From: Eubacteriales bacterium
GTDB taxonomy: Bacteria > Bacillota > Clostridia > Oscillospirales > CAG-272
NCBI GenBank assembly: GCA_045592305.1
Contig: JAZNUO010000108.1
Coordinates: forward strand, 1-59,459
Direction: 5' to 3'
DNA length: 59,459 nucleotides
Position 1 is the stretch's first letter. Every line of letters begins with the position of its first letter. Made by a program: the position numbers and the translations under genes. The notes below the pieces were generated by a model that had not been told where the DNA came from, did not search any database, and saw only the letters and a list, made by a program, of their open reading frames with translations. Of this stretch, positions 1 through 7,897 are shown piece by piece.

Positions 1-147
1 CGCCACGGTACGCTGACCAATCGGAGAAAGATCATCGATCAGTACGTAAAAAGGGTGGTGGTGTATCCCGATCGGGTGGAGGTGGTGCTGAATTTCGTGG
101 AGGGGTTTGAGGTAAAGGAGGTACTGGAGAAAAAAAGAGAGAGTTAG
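1..147 (+). CDS. 3' end of a recombinase gene cut by the window edge (C-terminal tail resembling large serine recombinases)
   Basis: Frame 1 is open from base 1 to TAG at 145-147: ...RRKIIDQYVKRVVVYPDRVEVVLNFVEGFEVKEVLEKKRES*. The h-h-V-Y-x-D-x-h-E-h-h-h-x-F tail is what I recall from TnpX/TndX-type large serine recombinase C-termini. Only 48 codons are visible. Confidence 0.45.
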   Translation, partial: RHGTLTNRRKIIDQYVKRVVVYPDRVEVVLNFVEGFEVKEVLEKKRES

Positions 148-227
148 CCTGTTGTTTCATCAAAACCACATTCTCTAACTCTCTTCATCCAAAATCTTTT
201 TTCAAAATTTTATTCAATTGTACGGGA

Positions 228-265
228 AAACCAAGCCGCCGACACACAGATCAGCGGGTTGGTTT
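228..265 (+). terminator. Stem-loop downstream of the recombinase gene (possible terminator)
   Basis: AAACCAAGCCGC (228-239) pairs with GCGGGTTGGTTT (254-265): 12 positions with one mismatch and a 14-nt loop. Only a short T-run follows (TTT within the stem end), so it is weak as an intrinsic terminator. Confidence 0.3.
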
Positions 266-338
266 CATTCTACCATCAATATTTGTTTCTGTCAATACCG
301 TTTTTTCATTTTTGTGCAACCTGTCAAGTAAAATGCCG

Positions 339-396
339 TTATCGGCAAATTATCCTTACATTTATTTTGCTTTTTATATTGATATTTTGCCGATAA
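339..396. promoter_or_regulatory. 11-bp perfect inverted repeat bracketing or invading the fic promoter (candidate operator pair)
   Basis: TTATCGGCAAA at 339-349 and its exact reverse complement TTTGCCGATAA at 386-396. The second copy lies inside the -35/-10 spacer of the promoter at 379-407. Confidence 0.45.
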
Positions 397-407
397 TATG
401 ATATAAT
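379..407 (+). promoter_or_regulatory. Sigma-A/sigma-70 type promoter of the HTH-Fic gene
   Basis: TTGATA (379-384), a 17-nt spacer, then TATAAT (402-407). It sits about 30 nt upstream of the SD GAGGGAGG (423-430) and the ATG at 438. Confidence 0.6.
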
Positions 408-437
408 AATACCATGACGATTGAGGGAGGTATTCCT

Positions 438-1328
438 ATGAACTATATTTCGGTAAGCGCCGCGGCGAAGAAGTGGGGTCTGTCCGAACGCAGTGTCCGC
501 AATTACTGCGCGGAGGGGCGTGTGTCCGGCGCGATCCTGGTGGGCAAGACCTGGATGATCCCCGAGAATACCGAAAAGCCCATCCGCAAGACCCGCAGTG
601 ACGCCGCTCCCAAGACCCTATTGGACATCCTGCGCCGAGAGAAGAACACCGCTCTGTCGGGTGGCATCTACCACAAGGTGCAGATCGAACTGACCTACAA
701 CTCCAACCATATCGAGGGGAGCCGTCTGACCCACGACCAGACGCGGTATATTTTTGAGACCAACACCCTCGGCGTGACCCATGAAAGCATGAACGTGGAC
801 GATATTGTGGAGACCTCCAAACACTTCCGCTGTATCGATCTGGTTATTGAGAACGCCACGGGTATGCTGACCGAGGGCTTCATCAAGGAGCTGCACCGTA
901 TCCTCAAGAACGGCACCTCAGACAGCCGCCAGTCCTGGTTCGCGGTGGGGGATTACAAGAAGCTCCCCAACGAGGTCGGCGGTAGGGATACCACCCTCCC
1001 CGAGGACGTGGCCGCCGAAATGAAGGCCCTGCTGGCGGACTACAACGCCACGAAGAAAAAGACCCTTGAGGAGATCCTGGACTTCCACTACCGCTTTGAG
1101 CGGATCCACCCCTTCCAGGACGGCAACGGCCGTGTAGGGCGACTGATCCTGTTCAAGGAGTGTCTGTGCAACAACATCGTTCCCTTCATCATCGATGAGG
1201 AGCTGAAGATGTTCTACTACCGTGGGCTCGCCGAGTGGCCGCGGGAGCGAGGGTATCTGAGGGATACTTGTCTCGCGGCGCAGGATACGTTCAAGGGGTA
1301 TCTGGATTATTTCAAGATTGATTATTGA
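438..1328 (+). CDS. fic: Fic-family (AMPylase/filamentation induced by cAMP) protein with N-terminal HTH domain
   Basis: Fic core motif HPFQDGNGRVGRL (HxFx[D/E]GNGRxxR). The N-terminus NYISVSAAAKKWGLSERSVRNYCAEGRVSG looks like a MerR/excisionase-type HTH. SNHIEG fits the [S/T]xxxE[G/N] auto-inhibitory helix motif. I prefer the ATG at 438 with SD GAGGGAGG 7 nt upstream over the ORF-track start at 414. Confidence 0.9.
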   Translation: MNYISVSAAAKKWGLSERSVRNYCAEGRVSGAILVGKTWMIPENTEKPIRKTRSDAAPKTLLDILRREKNTALSGGIYHKVQIELTYNSNHIEGSRLTHDQTRYIFETNTLGVTHESMNVDDIVETSKHFRCIDLVIENATGMLTEGFIKELHRILKNGTSDSRQSWFAVGDYKKLPNEVGGRDTTLPEDVAAEMKALLADYNATKKKTLEEILDFHYRFERIHPFQDGNGRVGRLILFKECLCNNIVPFIIDEELKMFYYRGLAEWPRERGYLRDTCLAAQDTFKGYLDYFKIDY

Positions 1329-1628
1329 GCGAGGAAAGCTGTTTTATCGATTCTTTGATTGGGGAAATGTACCGAGGAATGCGATCAGCAGCAAATCATT
1401 TCTCTTATTTCTTTTACAGAACTTGTCTTCGATAATATAGCTTTCTCTATTTATGCTCAATTGCAATTGCTTCTCTCACTATATCGAGAATCTCTTGAAA
1501 AGTTGTCACACGCTATTTGGGCATGCAGCTCTCCACCAAGCTGCGTGCCTCTTTCTTTGTCTGTCCTGCTATGCTATCTGGAGATCAAAATTTTTATATA
1601 GATTCCTAACCTAAATGCAAAACAACCA

Positions 1629-2027
1629 TCATAGCAACGAATAGATTATTGCATACAAGACAACCCATCCGATAAACAAGCCCAGACCGATCTTGCACTT
1701 GTTCTTATGCTCGGGAGATTGATATGTACACAATCCAACAATGGACAACACTAAGCCCAGCCATCCGCCTAACGCTCCAAAAATAATTGCCAGCACGCCC
1801 AGTGTGGCAGACTCCTGCTTTGGAGCCTGATAGGTGTGTTGCTGATAAATATTTGTTTGTTGATAGGTCGGCTGAGGTTGCGCACCGACCGAACTGACGG
1901 GCTTGGTCGGTTGAATCTCAACCTTCTCAATCGGCTTCTTTTCTACGTACCCCTCATTGTTTTGGCCACAATTATTACAGTATCTTTCGTCTTCTCTGAC
2001 TTCGTTTCCACAACAAGAACAACGCAT
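1629..2027 (-). CDS. Zinc-ribbon protein with Q/P/T-rich linker and two C-terminal TM helices
   Basis: N-terminus MRCSCCGNEVREDERYCNNCGQ (CxxC...CxxC). The C-terminus has two hydrophobic helices (GVLAIIFGALGGWLGLVLSIVGL and IGLGLFIGWVVLYAIIYSLL). SD GGGGGTGAG lies 5 nt upstream. The gene starts 15 nt after the vWA gene stop. Confidence 0.75.
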   Translation of the reverse strand: MRCSCCGNEVREDERYCNNCGQNNEGYVEKKPIEKVEIQPTKPVSSVGAQPQPTYQQTNIYQQHTYQAPKQESATLGVLAIIFGALGGWLGLVLSIVGLCTYQSPEHKNKCKIGLGLFIGWVVLYAIIYSLL

Positions 2028-2042
2028 ACTCTCACCCCCTGA

Positions 2043-2726
2043 TCAAACTTCGTCGTTCAACCAATCAAACACGGTGTTGTCGGATTGGCTCATACTGACG
2101 CTCAACATTTCAAACAGTTTCACAAAGACATCCATATTGGTAATGCACTTAGCCTTAACTTTAGGAGAAAACATATCCAGAATGTCCAGCCTTGCGCTTT
2201 CCCCGATACCGATTGGAAGAACCTTCAATCCCTCCGTGTTTACCATATCAGAACACCTCTGAGCCGCATCATAAACAATGTTATCGGCTTCGGTGGGTTG
2301 TCCGTCTGACATGATCATCATAATGGGCTTGTAATGCTCAATACCCGCGTTTCTGTAATACTCTCGCCGCTTTTGCAGAAGGTCAAGCGCCAGTTCGACT
2401 GATGCCCCAAGCGGAGTTCTTCCGTATGCAGTTAAGGGCACAAAGTTGATTTTATCGACACTCGTGTAGCCGTTGATCACTTCCGGCTTTTCACCGCCGC
2501 ATCCAATGAGGCATACATCGCTCATCAATCTTGCATTAGAGTCATTTCGGATGGTTCTGAAAAGTTCCTGAATATTGTTATTGAGTTCATCGATTTTCAC
2601 GACCATGCCTCTGCTGCTCCGGACCTTCTCTGCCATGGAACCGCTCTTGTCCAAAATCAGACACACAGGCAGCTTAATGCCTCCGTTCATGGTAGGCTTG
2701 CTAAAGAAATTAAAACTACTGTCCAT
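2043..2726 (-). CDS. von Willebrand factor A (vWA) domain protein, TerY-like
   Basis: MIDAS motif in LPVCLILDKSGSMAE (DxSxS). The size (227 aa) and alternating hydrophobic-strand/helix pattern are typical of TerY-type vWA proteins. The start overlaps the kinase gene stop by 11 nt. Confidence 0.85.
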   Translation of the reverse strand: MDSSFNFFSKPTMNGGIKLPVCLILDKSGSMAEKVRSSRGMVVKIDELNNNIQELFRTIRNDSNARLMSDVCLIGCGGEKPEVINGYTSVDKINFVPLTAYGRTPLGASVELALDLLQKRREYYRNAGIEHYKPIMMIMSDGQPTEADNIVYDAAQRCSDMVNTEGLKVLPIGIGESARLDILDMFSPKVKAKCITNMDVFVKLFEMLSVSMSQSDNTVFDWLNDEV

Positions 2727-4095
2727 TGTTATTCATCTCCTTTTTGATTTTCTCCAAAAACAGTTGTAATTCCTTAACCCATTCAGACAGGTCTGTGATC
2801 TTTCCCTGCTTGAAATAGTAATAGAAATACTTTCTCATGGATGGCGTCAGAAACATCGCCCACAAAGCCATATCCTCGGACTTGACCTCAATGCCATCAA
2901 CATCAAGGGGATAAAAGAATTGGGATTTGTCCGTGTTTTCGATATCCATATGATCCGGGCTGTATGTATGGTTCTTCATGATCATAATTTCAAACGCCAT
3001 TTTGTTGATGGGATAATACTCGTCTTCCATTGTCCTCAACTGCTTTTTCAGTTCATCCTTTTTGAACACACGCTTAGTATATTCCGGATGGCAAACCGGG
3101 CAGGCATAGTCGTTGATCTGGTAACACCCACAATCAATGAAATAAACCTCACTTGGTGATTTGACCAACACGTTGTCCGGCTTCAAATCGCCGATCAGGA
3201 TTCCCTTGTCATGCAAGTATTTGATGTGCTTCAGAAAATTGTAGCAGATTTCAAATCTTTCAGGGTGCGTATACTCCGAAAAACTTTGTAAGCGGAGGCT
3301 CAGCAGAGTTTCCGCCCCCTTGACTTCGTCCATAACGTAGCCAACAAACACATCATTTACATAGACCAGATCCCGAGGCCAACAAATGAAGGGATTGTAC
3401 AGATTCATCTCTATCATTTCAGATAGCTTTTTGAAATTAACGTAGGTTATGTTTTCCTTTTTGAAAATCTTAACCATCATGTTGTTATATGTTCTGTAAA
3501 CGCTTCCCTCTCCACCGTTTATTTGCGAAGCTATGTTGAGTTTCAGATATCCATACTTGGGAGAATAAACATAGTCAATCCCTGTTGTATCAATTCGGTT
3601 CACATATTCATCTTCTTGCAAATAAAACGCATCTTTTGGAAGTGTAGTCTGTGCCTGATCCTGCCATTCTTCAAGCCCTTGTTCGGTTACAAAATAAAAC
3701 CTCAGTTTTGAGCTGGCGGCTGTTAATTCCTTAAAAACGCCATACACACTCTCACGCTGCACGATGATGCTACATTCCGCATCTTTCTTCTGCTTGGAAA
3801 ACATAGGTTCAAGCAGCGTATAGTCCAAATAACTGTTGGTTTCAATTCTCTGAAGCATTCCCTTCTGCTCGAGAATATCTATCAAACCTTCCAGCAAATA
3901 CGCTTCTTTGAATTTGAGATCCGCTTTATATTTTTCTATTCTTTCCTCAATGCCACTATCCACAAAGACAGTAAGATTCTGCCCATTGGCTTCAATAGAT
4001 TCAACGTAATCTTTCAGGAGCATATAGAAATTAGGGAAAATAAAAACGGTATCTTCAATAAAGACGTAATTGTCTTTCGATTTCTTTATCTCCAT
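2716..4095 (-). CDS. Eukaryote-like Ser/Thr protein kinase with an N-terminal extension of about 200 aa
   Basis: Gly-loop and Lys: INGGEGSVYRTYNNMMVKIF. Catalytic loop: HDKGILIGDLKPDNVLV. A DFG-equivalent FIDCGC follows. The gene overlaps the PP2C gene by 10 nt. Confidence 0.85.
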   Translation of the reverse strand: MEIKKSKDNYVFIEDTVFIFPNFYMLLKDYVESIEANGQNLTVFVDSGIEERIEKYKADLKFKEAYLLEGLIDILEQKGMLQRIETNSYLDYTLLEPMFSKQKKDAECSIIVQRESVYGVFKELTAASSKLRFYFVTEQGLEEWQDQAQTTLPKDAFYLQEDEYVNRIDTTGIDYVYSPKYGYLKLNIASQINGGEGSVYRTYNNMMVKIFKKENITYVNFKKLSEMIEMNLYNPFICWPRDLVYVNDVFVGYVMDEVKGAETLLSLRLQSFSEYTHPERFEICYNFLKHIKYLHDKGILIGDLKPDNVLVKSPSEVYFIDCGCYQINDYACPVCHPEYTKRVFKKDELKKQLRTMEDEYYPINKMAFEIMIMKNHTYSPDHMDIENTDKSQFFYPLDVDGIEVKSEDMALWAMFLTPSMRKYFYYYFKQGKITDLSEWVKELQLFLEKIKKEMNNNGQ

Positions 4096-5045
4096 TTCAT
4101 ATACTCCTTAACTTCGTCCACCCCCGTAAACTCTGCCTTTGCGGATATGGAAGGATCAACAAAATAGCAATACTGCGACTTGCGGATAATTTGTTTTGAG
4201 GATTTAATGCCCGCCAACAAATACTCTGCGTAATCTTCCGTAATCTTTCCTGTATCAGCATCTTCCAACGTCAAAATGTTCAAGCTCAAATCGTCAGTAG
4301 AATAGTTTGAAATGATCTCTCTTAAATATCTGGAAATGATTTTCTCATAGTCGTCCGGCTTATGATTCTGAAAATTTGAAAACAGTTTATAAACATTGTC
4401 GTCAACGGCAGTGCCATTGAACAGAACCGTCCCGGCTCCGTCCGAGGTCAGCAAAACTCCCTTTAAATTGTCAATGCTTCCAGCCTGTAAATGAAGATGT
4501 TCTGCTGCATTCGTATCGGGAATGAAGAATGTGATGTTACTTCTTTCTCCATTTTCGGGTTCCGAAATAACCTTGACCCGATACGCGTTGTTTTCGTTGT
4601 AGACGCCCGCAATGACACCATCTCCAATATGTCCCATAATGTAATGGTTGTCTTTGATGGCGAAAAACAGGAGCGTAGATGACAGCTCTTCCACGGAGAT
4701 ATTCAACTCCAAAGCCTTTGCTTTCAAAGTCGTCATAAGAGCCGTAACGATCACCTTGCTAAGACCGGCCATGTTCTTTTTATGCTTGGCTTGATTTGTC
4801 TTTTCCTCTTCAAAGCACAGAAGGTAATCAATAAACTTCTCTGAAAGCAAGTCACAGATTTTTTTGCATACGATCTCCGCTCCAATCTCCGATTTAGATT
4901 TGGATCCCGCACCGTCAGCAAGGGCAACGGCCTTCACTCCGTTGGCTTCGGCATAAAACGTTCTGTCCTGGCAGACCATACCGCGCGATATGTGCATTTT
5001 CCCGATCTCGTATGTTTGGACATTCTTCCACTTTTCAATGATCAT
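4086..5045 (-). CDS. PP2C-family Ser/Thr phosphatase
   Basis: PP2C-like acidic motifs ALADGAGS, GHIGDGVIAG and LLTSDGAG. The start at 5045 gives an ATGA overlap with the stop of the upstream vWA gene. Alternative in-frame starts are at 5057 and 5138. Confidence 0.8.
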   Translation of the reverse strand: MIIEKWKNVQTYEIGKMHISRGMVCQDRTFYAEANGVKAVALADGAGSKSKSEIGAEIVCKKICDLLSEKFIDYLLCFEEEKTNQAKHKKNMAGLSKVIVTALMTTLKAKALELNISVEELSSTLLFFAIKDNHYIMGHIGDGVIAGVYNENNAYRVKVISEPENGERSNITFFIPDTNAAEHLHLQAGSIDNLKGVLLTSDGAGTVLFNGTAVDDNVYKLFSNFQNHKPDDYEKIISRYLREIISNYSTDDLSLNILTLEDADTGKITEDYAEYLLAGIKSSKQIIRKSQYCYFVDPSISAKAEFTGVDEVKEYMKWR

Positions 5046-6109
5046 TTTACCGTCCATCCATCGTAAGAATTTGTGGGAATTCCAAAGGACTGATCTATAG
5101 GGGTTTCTACTCTTTTTTGCGCTATGATATAGATCCAATTGAATAAATCGTCATACATTGCATCTTTGATCGTTATAAACTTCTTGAGTTTGCGAAGTAG
5201 AACCAAGCTCCCATCGAATTCGCGATCCGACAGAGCAAACGGAAAATATGACAGCTTTCCTTCCCCTGCCATTTTCTTGATGATTTCAACCGAATTGCTC
5301 ATATCCCCAAAGTTTTCACCATTTGACAGCACAATCAGCCATGGCTTATAGTATGGGATCCCTTGCTTTTGAAGCTCACCGATTCTTTCTTCAAGCTTTT
5401 CCAGACTTTTGGAAATGGACAAATCCAGAAACGGAATCCCCCCGGCGAAGAATTTCTCCTTCACGATCGCAGTTTCATCAAACGGCTTTGCGACGGTACA
5501 GTTGAATCCGCTAAACAGCGTTGTCTCAAATTCAATTCGGTCAGTCAGGCCTTCGCTTTGAAGGCGCTCGTTGAAGGCAAACACCGCTTTCTTTAGACGA
5601 TCCATTTTTTCGCCCTTCATAGAAGCGCTATTATCTATGGATATACTGATTAAAAGTTTTGCTTTTTTTCCTTCTTCCGACATTTCTTCTACCTCTATTT
5701 CAACAGGAAAGCCCTTTTCGATTCTCCAAAAATTGACCTTCCCGTTGAATCCATTCTTTTTTATGACTTTTAGTTCCTTTTTGGCGTATTCCTTGTCCTC
5801 GGTAAAGATGCACATATTGCCGGCCGGCAATTCAGTAACAGATGATACTTCAATCACCAGGCCCATTTTCCGGTAATGCTCCAGAACAAACAAGCCGGCA
5901 AACGCGGCGTTTTCGCTCTCCGAAAACGAACAATACCTTTGCAGACACTCTCTCGCGGTCTTTTTTACGTACACCTTTTTGTGGCTCGCAATCAATGCGC
6001 CATACAGATCAAGCAGGAAAAAGTCCTTTTGCCCGGCCATAAGCGATGACACATCAATCAGTAATGAGGAGGCTGTAACAATGCTTTCCAGTGATGTTTT
6101 CATACGCAT
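5042..6109 (-). CDS. Second vWA-domain protein with an N-terminal extension of about 160 aa
   Basis: MIDAS motif in LLISISIDNSASMKGE. The C-terminal half reads vWA-like (YKPWLIVLSNGENFGD). The start is 6109, or 6103, which has better SD spacing from AAGGA. It lies 5 nt after the stop of the 593-aa gene. Confidence 0.8.
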   Translation of the reverse strand: MRMKTSLESIVTASSLLIDVSSLMAGQKDFFLLDLYGALIASHKKVYVKKTARECLQRYCSFSESENAAFAGLFVLEHYRKMGLVIEVSSVTELPAGNMCIFTEDKEYAKKELKVIKKNGFNGKVNFWRIEKGFPVEIEVEEMSEEGKKAKLLISISIDNSASMKGEKMDRLKKAVFAFNERLQSEGLTDRIEFETTLFSGFNCTVAKPFDETAIVKEKFFAGGIPFLDLSISKSLEKLEERIGELQKQGIPYYKPWLIVLSNGENFGDMSNSVEIIKKMAGEGKLSYFPFALSDREFDGSLVLLRKLKKFITIKDAMYDDLFNWIYIIAQKRVETPIDQSFGIPTNSYDGWTVK

Positions 6110-6114
6110 ATTCC

Positions 6115-7896
6115 TTACAAAGTTCTGAAAGCGTCCAGCATCAATCTGCTACTTTCCACATGCATGATCACGTTTCGCAAGACTGGGAGATTGTTGGCAG
6201 CATACAGATTTTCAATAATCTCTTTGCCGTAAAGAACAAGATTGCTTTTACTGCTTACGCTCATGGGATAGTATTCGAAGCTATCACACAACCTACCGCA
6301 TGATATCATGCTTTCACAAACAGTTTTGGCTTTAGCCTTATCCTTGATACTGACCAGCATCAGGCCATCAAGTAAGGCTGCCAAGCAAAGTAACCCTCTC
6401 GCGTTCAGGCACTTTTTGTATTCGACAAACAGCCACTTCACTTTTTCCGCAACCACCTGTGTCACACAGTCCTTCCCGTATACGAAATAGTAAAGCAAGG
6501 ACTTAAAGCATTTATCCAAAACAGGCTGCAGATCTGCCAAAGCCCGATTGTACATGGCATCCAAATGGACTTGATTCTCCAAATAGCTCTCTTGCTCAAT
6601 GATTCGATTCACGCTGTCGAGTGAGGTTTTATCTTTTGCATAGTAATTACGCAACGTAAGAGCGATACTCTCATAACGGGTAGATACATCGTTATATCCG
6701 CTGTCAAGCTGAAGCAAATGGTAGTATCCTTCAAACAACTCAGAGGTTTTATTGGAAACTGCCGCCAGATCAAGGGCTGTCCTGATGCCTTCACAATCCA
6801 CCTTGGTACAGAACACGAGATACTTGTTCGCCAATTTGTAATTGTCCTTCTTGATTATGATCGTAATGAACTCGATCATTTCTTTTTCCGAAACATACCT
6901 GTTTACTGAACGATCAAACAGGAAAATATACCCTTTATCCTCACAACGAAGTAGGACTTGATAGTTGACCAGGTTGTTATGATACAGATAGTTTACAACC
7001 TCATCCCGATTTGCTTCATGGGTGGCGATATACTCCAGAATCACTTGTGTGTACTTGGCGTCCTTGAACAAACCATGATTCCGTAGCATGTCCGCTACTC
7101 GAATGAGTGCTTGATTATCCTTGAACCGTGCTTTTTCAAAGACATGAACGATGTACGCGGAAAGTAGTCTTATCTTCTCCTCATGAATCTCGGTACAGAT
7201 CTTTTCCAATTCAATGCCGGTGATTGGATTGAAAAGATTGTATGTATGCGCACTAATGCTCCCGCTTTTCAAATAATCAATGAGTGACGTGGTAAAAAAG
7301 CTCGTCATTGTATTATCAAAGCTGTTTGCAATGCTTTCTTGCGCCACGATAATGTCCGATAACGGCTTATCAATTTCCTCCAGCCCATCGATTCCCTTGT
7401 AGTTCAAAACCAGCGTATCACAAGTGTCATGGATTTTCGTTACATCGCTCCTGATTTCATCCCGTCTTGCTTTTAAGACACGGATGAAATCAAGGAGCTT
7501 TTGTTTGTTGATGAAGCTGTTACTGATGCTCTCGTGTATGGAATCAAACTCCGATAGGTCTCGGTTATACCCCTTACTAAAGTAGTACAAAATGAGGCTT
7601 GTTCCGACCCATACAGTCATGGCGCCGAAAATAAACAGATAGATCTTCAAAACCTCGTTCCGGAGAATCAGAAACGAAACCACGATGGTCAGGGCCAAAT
7701 ACACGATGCCAAGAATCACAAGTGCTTTATGAGGCTCAAAGGTGAAATAACTGCGATAAACCATGTAATTCTCATAATTTATCGCCTTCCTTTTGTGCAG
7801 GATCACCTCGCGCGAGGAATACAGCACAACCATGACAATACCCGCGACAACAAAAAGTGCTGCCAAGATAATAAAGTATTGTTCTACGATTTCCAT
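6115..7896 (-). CDS. Membrane protein of unknown function (about 4 N-terminal TM helices plus a helical domain of about 470 aa)
   Basis: Hydrophobic segments IILAALFVVAGIVMVVL, ALVILGIVYLALTIVVSFLIL and IYLFIFGAMTVWVGTSLILYYF. I recognise no catalytic motif. The ATG is 1 nt after the TAA of the giant gene, with SD GAAGGAAGG inside that gene's end. Confidence 0.7.
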   Translation of the reverse strand: MEIVEQYFIILAALFVVAGIVMVVLYSSREVILHKRKAINYENYMVYRSYFTFEPHKALVILGIVYLALTIVVSFLILRNEVLKIYLFIFGAMTVWVGTSLILYYFSKGYNRDLSEFDSIHESISNSFINKQKLLDFIRVLKARRDEIRSDVTKIHDTCDTLVLNYKGIDGLEEIDKPLSDIIVAQESIANSFDNTMTSFFTTSLIDYLKSGSISAHTYNLFNPITGIELEKICTEIHEEKIRLLSAYIVHVFEKARFKDNQALIRVADMLRNHGLFKDAKYTQVILEYIATHEANRDEVVNYLYHNNLVNYQVLLRCEDKGYIFLFDRSVNRYVSEKEMIEFITIIIKKDNYKLANKYLVFCTKVDCEGIRTALDLAAVSNKTSELFEGYYHLLQLDSGYNDVSTRYESIALTLRNYYAKDKTSLDSVNRIIEQESYLENQVHLDAMYNRALADLQPVLDKCFKSLLYYFVYGKDCVTQVVAEKVKWLFVEYKKCLNARGLLCLAALLDGLMLVSIKDKAKAKTVCESMISCGRLCDSFEYYPMSVSSKSNLVLYGKEIIENLYAANNLPVLRNVIMHVESSRLMLDAFRTL

Positions 7897-7897
7897 A

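Noticed and set aside
1359-1601. 80-aa plus-strand ORF in the fic/island junction, and protein-like fragments on the minus strand (RVTTFQEILDIVREAIAIEHK, EKAILSKTSSVKEIREMICC*)
   Set aside because: The plus ORF has no SD and an odd composition. The minus-strand pieces lie in three different frames separated by stops. At best they are a decayed pseudogene remnant. There is too little to call.
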